DNA of 64,000 nucleotides from Asterias amurensis (GCF_032118995.1 NC_092655.1:14589223-14653222), one strand, 5' to 3'; positions 23,182-35,600 are shown, counted from the stretch's first letter. Translations and numbers: made by a program. Notes: a model not told the origin generated them from the sequence alone.

Positions 23182-23234
23182 GGGGGGGGGGGGGGAATAG
23201 GGATTTTTTTTTTTTTTTTTTGGGGGGGGGGGGG
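23182..23234. repeat. Compound homopolymer: G14 - T18 - G13
   Basis: ggggggggggggggaatagggattttttttttttttttttggggggggggggg. It is one of at least 12 homopolymer G/C tracts of 11-18 nt in the window. Confidence 0.9.
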
Positions 23235-25237
23235 TAACCTCCCCCTTCGCGCTTAGTTTCGTTGCAATTCTTTAAAATAAAAATTAAAAACCTACTCCCT
23301 TCTGACAACGCATAACCTCTAAACGTGTTCACTTGAAAGAGAAACAACCCATATTCTATCCATTTAGGGCAGACCTGATTCTCCATTCTGGACACGATTG
23401 TGTTACGTTCGTTAGAAAACGGTAAAATGAAAGAGGTCGTCAGTGGTGACTTTCATTTTAACCGTTAATATTGTCCTTTCTGTATAGGATTTTATTCATA
23501 AAACAGACACTTAAAACGGGGCCGATTCGTCTAAAATTGCTTATTCTAGTACCATAAATAACTGATAACAATTATCGAATACAATTAGCATGTAATCCAC
23601 TATAATGGTCTCCTATAATGAGGTTATTATAGTGTTATTCGTTGAATTTTTAAAAGACTATAAGGCAAATTTAGACCCTCACATAAATTTCCCATAAAAT
23701 TGCCTATATCCTTTGATAATGATGAATAATGGAGGGATACATAATGCATGCAGCTGTCCAAACCTCGACCGGGGAGAAAGCATTCGATTGATGGCGGACG
23801 AATTTCAATTAAAGCAAATTCCTGTCGAAAACGGAGCAATTGACTTTCAGGAAATGTACGGAGTGCAGTTGGAGCATGTCTTGAAAAGCAGTCAGATCCA
23901 TCTCGGTTCAGATTGTATGCGAAGACCCACCTGTTTTTGCGAGTGTCAAGGCAGTAAGGTATTCAATTTCAGAGTTGACTTATAGGTCGAATCGTACAAG
24001 GGCTACCGCGCTCAATTCGTCAAATTAAAAAACACCGGACCCACCCCCTCCCCCCTTTTCAGAATTTGTTATCGAACGAAGACGATACATGCGTGACAGG
24101 TAATAATGTCTAGTTTTATTTTATGGTTATAAAATAATGCACCCTTTCAGCATTTTATGATTGTTTGGGTAAAGGCAAACCGTTTTAAATTCCAGGGAAC
24201 GAACGACAACTCGAGGAAACTTTGTTGTGTTTTTTTTAAAGTTTTTTTTTATAGACCTAATGGTGTTAAGGAAAAGAAAATGAAGTTGGAGAAAGAAAAC
24301 CCCCAAACAACGCCAAAACGGAACAGAACACATGAATTTTCCTTGTTAATGTTTAAACCTGATATAATGTTTTTGTGATTTCATGTTTTTATATCATAAT
24401 GAAGAATAATAAATGAATGAATGAAATGAGTCACAAAACGAGAGGATCATATTGAACTTCAGTACCAATTGAAACTAAATAAATCACTTTCATGCAACAT
24501 ACGGGAGTTCATCCCAAACTGGCGCATAATGTTTTTCCACATTTTTTCCCCGTAATATTATTATAGAAGGTACGTGCTTATAGACCTTAATCACGGTGCA
24601 GCCATCTTGAATTTTTCCCATTGATACAAATGCAACCAAACCGAGGCTTGAAGAACAAAAATAGTCTGGTTCTCATTGCAAAAGAATTATTAGCATTCAT
24701 TATTGTTATGCGATACGAGGAACATGACCCAAATGTAGGCGGCATGATAAAAGGTCTATACATTGTGTAGGTGCACATCCGTCACACAGGGCCGTAGACA
24801 ATAGCATTAAGCTCAACGTAAATTGCTTCGAAATTCATTGGCCACGGGATTATTCAGAAGCCTCACAAAGCACATCTGGATTCAAAGGTAATTATTTCTA
24901 AAGTGAATTTTCTTTTGTGTCATCACCTCGATGCAAGGACAGATGTACACTGTAATTGGCAACAGCGACAGATAAATTGTGTGGGGAATAATATAATGAC
25001 GGCAATACACAACGCAGGTGCAAATTTATCCCCTAATGATGTTGTGAGTGTATAAATAAACGCATTATACGTTATAGAAAACGCACAATTAAATTAATTT
25101 CCCATAGGAATGCATTTATCATTGTATGTAGAGTAATGACTTAATTAACTGTCTGCCCCAACGCATCGAAATGAGTGAGAATAAAAAAATTCTGCTTTAG
25201 GCCTGTGTCGGATTACAATGTATGTAAAAGCAATCAT

Positions 25238-25496
25238 GGCCCAATTTCATGGCTCTGCTTACCGTAAGCAGATAATCGGCGCTTACGGAAGCAGGGAATT
25301 ATGTGCTTATGGCAAGCGTATTTCATGGGTTAGCGGCGAATGTTTGCTTCTGCGCATGTGTGCTCCACACGTTACTAGGCATTCTACGCTTACAAGGCTA
25401 TAGCGCAGAAATTCGGCGCTTGCACGTAAGGTGTAAGCGGGGAATCGTGATCGTAAGCGCAGAATTCGGCGCTAAGCAGAGCCATGTTGGGCCCTG
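25238..25496. mobile_element. MITE-F (~260 bp), TIR ggcccaatttcatggctctgcttaccgtaagc / gcgctaagcagagccatgttgggccc
   Basis: Related copies at 35601-35859 and ~33500-33725. Fragments at 6178-6282, 6646-6760 and 9940-10160. Confidence 0.65.
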
Positions 25497-25744
25497 GTGT
25501 AATGATACCAAACATTATGGTAATAAAACAATGGATTGGACTTTCGGAGAAACACCATTGGGCATTAATCATATACATTCTTCCACCATAAAGCAGATTT
25601 TGAAAATAATATTAATCGCTTTTTATTTAGTGCTTTACCAAGGCCCGAAATGCGTATCAAAGCGCTTCTGACACAAGGTCTTTGGGTCATCTATTTTGTT
25701 TCTTTAACCATCACTGCTCCGTGGGGATTATACAACCGGTGATG

Positions 25745-25915
25745 CGAGTTACCGCACTCCAAGCTAATCATTCACAAAACCATCTCTGCCGGCCCTCACA
25801 GGTACCCATTTTCTTGCTCACGACGGGCCCGGGACTTGAACCCAAATCCCGAGGACTAAAACCACCAGAAGTTGAGTCCAATGCTTTCAGTTTTATCCGC
25901 TCCCACGACACCCCA
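25745..25915 (-). mobile_element. tRNA-like SINE head or tRNA pseudogene fragment
   Basis: The minus strand reads ...ggtggttttagtcctcgggatttgggttcaagtcccgggcccg (T-arm-like gggttcaagtccc). There is no intact acceptor/D-arm. Confidence 0.3.
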
Positions 25916-26742
25916 ATAAACATCACTTTCAAATTAGCATTGTAGAGACTATGAACAACTAAAAGAGAGAGAATCACTGATTACAGAAGAATAGCAACAT
26001 GGCTATTGTCTTATCTGACACAACGATGGCGTCACCACTATTATTAGTTCACAATGAGAGATCCATTAATTACCCAAAGAATGTTCCGCGTCATTAGGTA
26101 CCAGAGGGGATTTGAACAAAACTAGTATTTCATCGACTACACCAGTATTTCAGACAGGAATGGTTCTTTGGGCAATGGTAGGCCAACTGGTTTAAATGTT
26201 AAAACCAATAGATTTTCAGATATTTTGATGATTTACCACATATCGAATAATACAAAATATTGTATTTCGAATAATATCATAAGAGGGCGCTATGGACCAT
26301 GTGTATAGACCTTACCGCAAATACTCTGTACGCGCACAATATACGTGGAATGAGGTACATGCTGGTCGAGCTAGCTATCAAATTTGATCACTAGCTAGAC
26401 CAGCATGCACCTCATTCGACAGTTTGCGCTTGCGCAATGGTATTTGCTAAAAGGCCTATGGGACTGACGACAAACCAGGGCGTCAACATAACGGCCACCA
26501 ATTACACGTGGATCGATAGGCGGTATCAATTAATACGAACACGGTTTATAACTCACTACAGAAGTCAGATTCAGGGTCTGGAACAATCTATCATTTGAAA
26601 TGAATGGTGTAGTTATGGCAAATGGGTGTCAATTTCAAAGAGCCTCTGGGAACGGTATAAGACACAGACGAGAGAAGCGGTCTAGCTACAGCCGCACAAT
26701 TAAGCAGGTAATAATGTAACCGAGCCCGTGGGCAGGGCACAT

Positions 26743-27119
26743 TAAAGCCATTATACACTTTCGGCACAGACAAAAAAAAAGTTCACGGATTTACAAATAA
26801 CTTACAGGGTTTACAAAAGGTATTGGTGAAAGACTTATCTTGAAATATTATTCAATGAAATGCTTTACTTTCCGAGAAAACATTAAAACAATTATCAATC
26901 CTCGTTGTAGAGAATTACGGATTTATTTTAAACACATGTCATGACACGGCTATATAAACGTGCGGAAACAAGGGTGGGTTTTCCCTGTTATTTTCTCCCG
27001 ACTCCGATGACCGATTGAGCCTAAATTTTCACAGGTTTGTTATTTGATATAGAAGATGTGATACACGAAGTGTGGGGCCTTGGACAATACTGTTTACCGA
27101 AAGTGTCCAATGGCTTTAA
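26743..27119 (-). mobile_element. MITE-B copy
   Basis: ttaaagccattatacactttcggcacagac...ctgtttaccgaaagtgtccaatggctttaa. Confidence 0.75.
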
Positions 27120-28094
27120 ACTGGCGAGTGACTGGTAAACACTTAACCGTTACTGCAACGAGTTCCACCACTTTACCGTTGCTGTCTGAGTTTCTGGGCG
27201 AATATTCCGTCTATATTGTCTAGGTCTTGTGTTTCCAATGGAAAGCTCCAACGAGGTCAAACACCATAGGCGGTTCGGTGTAGAAAAGCAGAATATGCGA
27301 CCACAGGCTCTAGGCATAATCGACTATTACTAAGTAACTCATAAGATCAGAAACAATCGAGGGCCAAAGGATATTATCTCTGCACATGTACTTTCTTTTT
27401 GGCATGTTCTTCTTCTTATTTTGTGAGGGGAGGCGGGTTGCAATCCTTTTCCATACCACACGCTGGCCATCGCATACACGCATAAGGTATGGGCGCTTTC
27501 CCAGGGCCCAATTTCATAGAGCTGCTTAAGCAAAAAATTTTGCTTAAGCAAAAAATTCATTGCTTAGTAAAATCAGATTACCGGCCAAGACTCCACTCAA
27601 TTGCAATGCTAAGTAAACAACAGCTTAATACTAGTCTTAAGCAATGTATATGGCAGGAAATTACAAAGGTTTCAAAACATTGTACAAAAACGTCAGAGAA
27701 TAAACAAAAAATACAGTAACGTATATAAGAACAACATGGCTTTGAAGGATTCAATAGATGATAATAAGAGATTAAAGAAGACGTTTAAAGTGTTCTACAA
27801 GTAAGCAGCAGAATTGTGGATTTCCAGTTTTGACTAGTAGCTGAATAAATCTGATGATTCACAATGAACTCGTCATCTAGTATTGATATTTCCATTTCGT
27901 GTATTTACCACGTGCATGGTGACTATCACGTTCACTGATAGTGATATTTTCCTAGACGGCCGAGAGTGATGACTGCACGACGCTCTAATGAATATTGATC
28001 AGTGAAAGTCACCAGCAGAACACACGTAACCGATGACATACCATGTTGTCAATGGTTCCCTCACCTCACACATGCGTGTCCATAAAAGCAATTG

Positions 28095-28260
28095 GCCAAC
28101 TACGGCCGTCATTCGGAACCTAGCCAGCTAGCGAAACGGGCGACTCAGACACGGTCGCGGGCAAGAGGGGGTTCCGTTTTTGGCACGTTCCGGCTCCGCG
28201 ATTTCTCAAATTAACCTGGATTCTAGGATCAACTGTCGATATCGACGTGCCACAATATGT
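28095..28260 (+). promoter_or_regulatory. CpG-rich candidate promoter / 5' region of the GPCR gene
   Basis: Locally CpG-dense (cggccgtcattcgg...gcgaaacgggcgactcagacacggtcgcgggc...ccggctccgcg) about 450-600 bp upstream of the ATG. No TSS can be fixed from sequence alone. Confidence 0.25.
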
Positions 28261-28710
28261 GCATGGATCCATCGCTGTCAAGTCCAGAATCATACCATGC
28301 TGCTATGTGTTTTATGTAAACATCTTGTCGAGTGCACTCAGCGTGCGGAGAGAAGAGAGTTGCCGCGTTTAGTCACCAAGAAATATGTCTCTGTTCTAAC
28401 TGTTTTCGTTCGCACGTTTATATGATTTCCTGCTTGATCAAACACGACTGTTCAGTTTAACTCGGTCTGGAAGATTTGCAGTGGCGGAATTTATGAGGTT
28501 ATTTGCGAAAGTGAGTTGTTTTGCTCTTTACCAACTCCCTGGAAACGGTGTGTCTCGAAATGCACAGAAGACGACTTACGTTAAGAACAGAAACTTTGGT
28601 TATGAAGAATTAAAAGTCTGGTGAGTCAACAAGGAAGTTTGAAGTCTCAAACAATATTTTGCAATCATTTTGCAAATCATTTAAAAGGAAAGTTTGGTAA
28701 CTTTGGCAAA

Positions 28711-29736
28711 ATGGATTGCATGGATACAGCCTCGGATAGTTTCTCCACCAATTGTTCTTTGGAGAATTGCACAGAAGAGGAGACTACGAAGTCGGTGACA
28801 CAAATTCGAGATTGGGTGGCGGGAATTTTTCTTCTAATCGTCTGCATAACGGGTCTGATTGGCAACAGCATGGTCATCTTTGTGGTGCTACGCTACGCCA
28901 AAATGAAAACCGTCACCAATTTGTACATCTTGAATCTGGCCATAGCCGATGACCTGTTCATGATCGCCCTTGTGTTTTTGTCTATTGCTACCCTGGCGGG
29001 TAACAATTGGATATTCGGCCCCGTTCTGTGCCATGTGGTCTACGCAATTGACGGTCTCAACCAGTTTACCAGCGTGTTTTGCCTGACCGCCATGAGCATG
29101 GATCGCTACGTCGCCGTATGCCACGCTCGAAGGGTCCGCGGGTATCGGACTCTTCGCCTGGCAATCTGCGTGAACTTCGGCGTATGGTTCCTAGCCCTTG
29201 CCGCTGCCAGCCCGATGAATATAGTGACACGGTACACCGTTTACAACGGTACACCAGTGTGTTATTTCAATTTCGAGTCTGTATTCGGTAAAGACGCCGT
29301 CGTCATAACTCAGAAACTGTTCATGATTTACACGACTTTGATGGGACTTGTGATTCCTTTAGTCATCATTTCCGTGTGCTATTCGAGCATTGTGGTGCGC
29401 CTCAAGAAATTAGGAACCCGCACGGGAAAGATGAAGAAATCTCGAAAGGTAAACCGTGTAGTGTTTTTTGTAGTGCTCGCCTTCTTCATGTGTTGGTGGC
29501 CGTTTTATGTATGGCGAACTATAGTGGTGTTTGTACCGTGCCTTGCGCAACAGTGGTTCAATGGCCTCGTACTTGACTTTACAATGTGTTTGGGTTACCT
29601 AAACAGCTGTGCAAATCCACTCCTCTACGGATTCCTTAGCGGGAACTTCAAAAAGAGTTTCCGTAAAGTGTGGAACTGTACACAGGAAACGGAGATACAA
29701 AACGGTCGACGCCGTGCTCCGGCCCAGCCTATGTAA
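28711..29736 (+). CDS. Intronless class-A (rhodopsin-like) GPCR of the somatostatin / allatostatin-C receptor type, 341 aa from the first ATG.
   Basis: Single uninterrupted ORF with seven predicted hydrophobic TM segments. N-terminal N-glycosylation sites (NCS, NCT). TM2 NLYILNLAIADDLFM (SSTR: NIYILNLAIADELFM). DRY motif MSMDRYVAVCH. TM6 FMCWWPFY. TM7/helix 8 NSCANPLLYGFLSGNFKKSF (SSTR: [20 protein letters not shown]). The ORF-track start at 28621 is a GTG; the first in-frame ATG is 28711. Stop TAA at 29734-29736. Confidence 0.85.
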   Translation: MDCMDTASDSFSTNCSLENCTEEETTKSVTQIRDWVAGIFLLIVCITGLIGNSMVIFVVLRYAKMKTVTNLYILNLAIADDLFMIALVFLSIATLAGNNWIFGPVLCHVVYAIDGLNQFTSVFCLTAMSMDRYVAVCHARRVRGYRTLRLAICVNFGVWFLALAAASPMNIVTRYTVYNGTPVCYFNFESVFGKDAVVITQKLFMIYTTLMGLVIPLVIISVCYSSIVVRLKKLGTRTGKMKKSRKVNRVVFFVVLAFFMCWWPFYVWRTIVVFVPCLAQQWFNGLVLDFTMCLGYLNSCANPLLYGFLSGNFKKSFRKVWNCTQETEIQNGRRRAPAQPM

Positions 29737-29948
29737 TGTTTGATCATAGTCCATGTGAAAAAAAAAGGTTCCAGAAGTACCATACCACTTTATTCGGATA
29801 ATAAGTCAACTTATGTTACGGAAAAAGCTGACTTGTCTTGATAATATATCTCGCCAAGACATCTTATTTTGTGGAATAAGTCGAGTTGGCATAGTATTTA
29901 TTCTCGCCAAGACGACCCATTGAACCATAAGAATCCGACTTACCACAT

Positions 29949-30110
29949 CTGCCGCCGATTTCACCAAACTATGTCTAACTTTAGGAATAATCTTAGGACT
30001 TTAGGACGAGTTGAATTCCGTATCCATAGACGTAAGGATGTTGAACCCATCCTTGTTTACTCGTCCTACGAGATGGGATTAATCCCAGCGTTTTGTGAAA
30101 TCGGCTGCAG
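29949..30110. mobile_element. MITE-H (~165 bp) in the GPCR 3' flank, TIR ctgccgccgatttcaccaaa / tttgtgaaatcggctgcag
   Basis: Internal motif ttaggacgagt.aactcgtcctaa. Further copies at 63453-63623 (hairpin form) and 57117-57245 (fragment). Confidence 0.7.
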
Positions 30111-30168
30111 TTTCAGTAAGTCGTCTTTGCGAGATATCGGGACGAGTTGGTATCATAGTTTTAGTAAG

Positions 30169-30556
30169 TTAAAGGCAGTGGACACTATTGGTAATTGTCA
30201 AAGACTAGCCTTCACAGTTGGTGTATCTCAACATATGCATAAAATAACAAACCTGTGCAAATTTGAGCTCAATCGGACATCGAACTTGCGAGATAATAAT
30301 GAAAGAAAAAAAACACCTATGTCACACGAAGTTGTGTGCGTTTAGATGGTTGATTTCGAGACCTCAAGTTCTAAATCTGAGGTCTTGAAATCAAGTTCGT
30401 GGAAAATTACTTCTTTCTCGAAAACTATGGCACTTCAGAGGGAGCCGTTTCTCACAATGTTTTATACCACCAACCTCTCCCCATTACTTGTCACCAAGAA
30501 AGGTTGTATGCCAATAATTATTTTGAGTAATTACCAATTATGTCCACTGCCTTTAA
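30169..30556 (+). mobile_element. MITE-A full-length copy ~430 bp downstream of the GPCR stop
   Basis: ttaaaggcagtggacactattggtaattgtcaaagactagccttcacagttggtgtatctcaacatatgcataaaataacaaacctgtg...gagtaattaccaattatgtccactgcctttaa. Confidence 0.8.
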
Positions 30557-31586
30557 CTCGGCTAGATGATCTCGTTATGTGGACAAATAGTGACCCGGCA
30601 CTCCTGAAGCCGGTAGGGCGTGTCCAAATGAATGGCTTCGGCTACGGCTATGACGGGCACGCCCAAAAGTGGCACTCTCTTCATTACAGCAAACAGCCGT
30701 AGCCGTAGCCGTAGCAGCAGCCAAAGTTGCTAGCTTCGGACACGGCAGTATTAAAACAACTTTCAATGCATTGCATCAAAGAATATTATAAATGTCGGTG
30801 ATTTTGATTTCAAAAAATCTTAGAATGGATAGCCAATATTGTACAAACTGTGTACCCCGTTTGTTTAACTAGAAGGGGCAGAAAAAAGCTTTGCGTCCAA
30901 TGCGTTAACATTTAACCGGCTCCCATTTAAGTTTCTTTTGAAATTGGTGGATATAATGTTTGTAATTTGTTATCTAGATTCATTTCTATGCAATGATGAT
31001 TTTACAAGATATTATTAATGACAATTTTCTTTGGACAGTGTTAAATGTATTTCATCATGTGGAACATCTATTGAAATTTCCAATATGAAGAGCTGTTGTA
31101 AACTTTACTGCGGCTGATTTTCATTTTTGTAGATCATTCCATTCTAAAAATGGACATTTCATCAATCATTTTTTAAAAATATAACGCTCTTTCAAGCCTC
31201 TAAAAAATAACCCCGAAGTTGCCTGTTAAAATGCATCGTAATTGGTGCTCATGTTTTCGAGAAATCATTTCACAAAGGCGGTTATTCCGAATTATCTCAC
31301 GAATGCAGACGAACCTCTCCGAATCTTACGAAGTTTCCCGAAAACACCATTCTCCAAAAGGTTTACTTTCCACTACTAGCAAGCAGGACTATCCTCTTTT
31401 CCCGGAAAATTTACTTGATTACATTGACACAACAAAAATGCTAAATTTTGAAGAAAAAAAGAAAACCTCTTAATATGATAGGATCGTTCATATAGCAGGA
31501 CAGCAAACCAACGAAACATAAAGCAGAAATGAGATTTATGACGTCAGAATATTTATTATAAACAGAACCTCTTTATGATGTCCTCT

Positions 31587-31975
31587 TTAAAGACAGTGGA
31601 CACTATTGGTAATTACTCAAATTAATTATTAGCATAAAACCTTACTTGGTAACGATTAATAGGGAGAGGTTGATAGTATAAAACATTGTGAGAAACGGCT
31701 CCCTCTGAAGTGACGTTGTCTTCGAGAAAGAAGTAATTTTCAACGAATTTGATTTAGAGACCTCAGTATTAGATTTTGAGGTCTCGAAATCAAGCATCTG
31801 AAAGCACAAAACTTCGTGTGACAAGGGTGTTTTTTTCTTCCATTATTATCTCGCAACTTCGACGACCAATTGAGCTCAAATTTTCACAGGTTTGTAATTT
31901 TATGTATCTGTTGAGATACACCAAGTGTTAGAAGACTGGTCTTTGACAATTACCAATGGTGTCCAGTGTCTTTAA
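31587..31975 (-). mobile_element. MITE-A full-length copy
   Basis: ctttaaagacagtggacactattggtaattactcaaattaat...ttgacaattaccaatggtgtccagtgtctttaa. Confidence 0.8.
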
Positions 31976-34723
31976 TAATATGGCGTTTGACTGTACACAG
32001 AACAAATGAGTATAACAAGCAGAAAACAGTACATGCTGTATTTAAATGTAATTAATGTATTGAAATAGCGGTGATAAGACACTGATAATAATGTGATTTT
32101 TGTGGTCACAAATTTGTAGAGGAAACGGCACAGTAGATGCACAACGGTACAATTCACGCGATCGGTTTTTTGAAGAAACATTCTAGCTGGTAGATGGTCT
32201 TAACATACACAAACATATCCTTGTTAGATTTTTGTGCAAAAGCTTTCTGACCCGCATTTTTATTTTCTTGAGAAAAAAAAAAATGCTTGTGCAAATTTGT
32301 GCACATTCCACTGAAGCTAAGCCCTTGGGAATACATCGTCGGAAGGAATCAAATGTGTCAATCAGATTTCCCATGTAATTGAAGTGAGCACACGATCACG
32401 ATGTCATCTTTGCTGTTTAGGATGTTAAATTTTCATTTTATTTGCGTTCGTTTTGCAAATGGACGAGCAAAAGTGCCTGTATAAAGTTATGTATGGTTAT
32501 TAAACGTTCACTCACGCACTTTAAGTGTTAAGTGCATGTTCGGACATCAATCTGTGTTGACAATACCACAGGGTAATATCAAACAAAAAGACATGGAACC
32601 CATCGGCACTGTAAAGATAGTACGAGATCTATTTCAACTGTGGGGTATTTGTTTTATAATTTTGTATTAGTAGAAATGAGAGGTTCGGTATGTACTTCAT
32701 GAAATTTTGTGAAAGTCATTCATTTATACATACTTTTATAAAATAATGTTTGCACCTAAAACACCAACGCCATTTTGAGATATTGCGGACACGTTACTAT
32801 AACACTATAAGGTTTGTGTAAACTTTTTATTTAATTTAATTTATCTATTTATTTATTTAAAGATCTTTATACAGGATGCAAAAATTATCACAAGAGCTGT
32901 GTTACATTTTGGTCATGTGTTATAAAAAGAAAAGAAAAAGGAAATCGTTACTTAAAAAAAAAAACAGTCACAGTAAAATTTGTCAGTATACACCTACCTA
33001 CAGTGAACTCACGAGTGTCCATCATATCTATAAAAAAAAGGCTGATAAACTCCATTAAGAAACTACATTGACAGTATGTCTAGATGGAGTAATACAAGGA
33101 GATACGGTGGCGTAACTAAGGGGCATGTCCCCTATATTTGATGTCCGTGCCCGGGTGCCCCACTTTTTAAATGTTGACTTTTGAGATTAAAATAACCAGA
33201 GTGTCGCACTTCGTAAGCTTTCGTACGATAATATCAATGCCTTAACTTCTATTTTCATTTACAGGCAATATAAATGGTGAATTTCATAACAAGATAGGGG
33301 ATTGAAAGAGGGCTTATCAATGAAGGGAAATGCAAACGGAAACCAAACCTTTAACTGGCCAGTGCCCAGGAGAAACTGAAATGGTGCACGTCCGTGTGCC
33401 CCCCCCCCCCCCGTAAGCATCAATGTTGTGACTTATATGCATCACCGTAAATTTTCGCTTAGTAAAAATAATTGTCACACAGTATTTCATGCTGAACAGC
33501 TTTATGAATTTGAGCCCTGGGCCTATATTCACGGCTCTGCTTTACTGACAAATTCTGCGCTTACGGCGACCACTATAGCTGTGAAAACAGACGAATGCAT
33601 ATCATGGAGTACGCACGCGCTCAAGCAAAGAATTCCATGCTATAAAACCCGTAAAATACGCCTAACGTAAACGCAGAATTCCCTGCATGAGCGCTGATTC
33701 TTTGCTTACGGTAAGCTGAGACATAAAGTTTGGCACAGTATGAATTCCGATTTGTATTTATGCATGGATTAACAAGCCTAGGTTGTGTTTTAACAGTGTT
33801 AAAACCACTCAAAACTCATGCCCAATGTTTCGGCTTCATTGGATATCCTAACGACTACCATAGAAGAAAAAACGTCACTTAAAAGAAGAAAAAAAGAACA
33901 ATGTTATGTAGACTGTAGATTTATACAATTAACGAACCGTTTCAACATTAAGATGGCTCCAAAAAGGAGTTCTGTCACTTGACTCGATTTACAGCAAGAT
34001 TACCCATCAAGAAGCAAACAAATCAGCCGGGATCAAATAGGCCTACGGTATAACGAGCATGTGGGTTAGTTACGCCACATCTTTTATTCAGAGGACAAAT
34101 ATGCACTATATAACGGCAAATTGTGAATAAGGTATCTCGTTTTCGATTAGGGTTTACATGATCCATTTACAATTATCACATCAACTGGAATATGATTTGA
34201 TTTGATTCATTTTCAATGACTGCATCCTCATTGCGTGCTTCAGGAGCACCGGAACACATCACTTTGCCCATCACATTTTTTTTTTATCTCCAATCTTACT
34301 TTTAATTCTTAATTGTGAAGGTTGAGCTTCGAACAATACCCTACGGGCCAAGCGCAGGTACTTTGTTTTTCAGTCGACTGCACTTTTATGTAAATTGATT
34401 TACAAAACGCAATTCCAGGTGGATTTGAATATTAACAAGGACAAATTGTTAATTTTTTTCGCTTGGCTTCCCCGAGACGTGGCTAGCGGGAAGGACAATG
34501 TCCCCTCTGGGACACGTTAACCTTTTAGAGAGACAGGGACAAACGAAGACGGATTGAAATTCAAGATAGAAAGTTTAGAGTGTGTGCTGTATCGATCTGA
34601 GGGTGGTTTATATGCGCGCTAACTTGGCCAGCCTATGTTTCACAAAATACAGGCAGTGTTTCGGTTTTGGATTCATGTAAATCAAGTCCCTTTGGGTACA
34701 ATGTCCCGGTTTCATTGAGCTGT

Positions 34724-35108
34724 TGAAAGGTGCTGGACACCTTTGGTAATTGTTAAAGACTAGTCTTTTCACTTGGTGTATACCGTACCTCAACTAATGC
34801 ATAAACAAAAAAACTGTCAAAACTTGAACTCAATTGGTCGTCGAAGTTGCGAGATATTAATGGGAGAACAAAACAACCTTGTCACACGATCGTGGTGTGC
34901 TTTCACATGCTTGATTTCGGTACCTCAAAATCTAATTCTGAGGTCTTCAAAATTTTTAGTGAAAAATTTTCGAAAACTACTTTACTTCAGAGGGAGCCGT
35001 TTCTTACAAAGTTTTATACTATCAACATCTCTCCATTGCTTGTACCCAAGTAAGTTTTTAAGGTAACAATTATTTTGAGTAATTATAATGGTGTCCAGTG
35101 CCTTTAAG
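34724..35108 (+). mobile_element. MITE-A full-length copy
   Basis: ttgaaaggtgctggacacctttggtaattgttaaagactag...gagtaattataatggtgtccagtgcctttaa. Confidence 0.75.
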
Positions 35109-35600
35109 CAGAAAGTGTTGCTTAATAATGAACAGAATGAACAGAATACCAGTCACAAACTGTACATGACATTGTAGTTTGATTGGAACCATTTTCTGGT
35201 AAGCATAATTTTGTTGTGCTTAGGAACTTGCTGTGCTCAAACAGCTCTATGGAATCTGGGACAGGAGAGCCCCGAACGGTAACTGTGTTACGTGAAAACA
35301 GGATGGGGACGTTTATAGACAGCTGGCGTGTGGCCAAATTGTATGTACGTGCGGTTATCTAAATCGAATCTCCTTTTCCCATGATGGTGAAGTGTTACGC
35401 ACAGAGCCGATTGATTGAATACATTTTCAACTCTAAAAACTCCAGGGTCAGAATTAACCCGTATTCCATCTCCCAAGGGGCATGACCCATTTACGGGTCA
35501 GAGGCTGAACCGGGAAAGATGTTAACATGGGGGAGGGGGGGGGGGGGTCGAAGTATGACTCTGCGTTATATGACCAACTTGAACCGGGTCAGACCAAAAA

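Noticed and set aside
28621-28710. Extended GPCR N-terminus starting at 28621 as given in the ORF track
   Set aside because: The codon at 28621 is GTG and the segment contains a consensus donor (CTG|GTGAGT). The first ATG in frame is at 28711 and gives a typical ~32 aa extracellular N-terminus.
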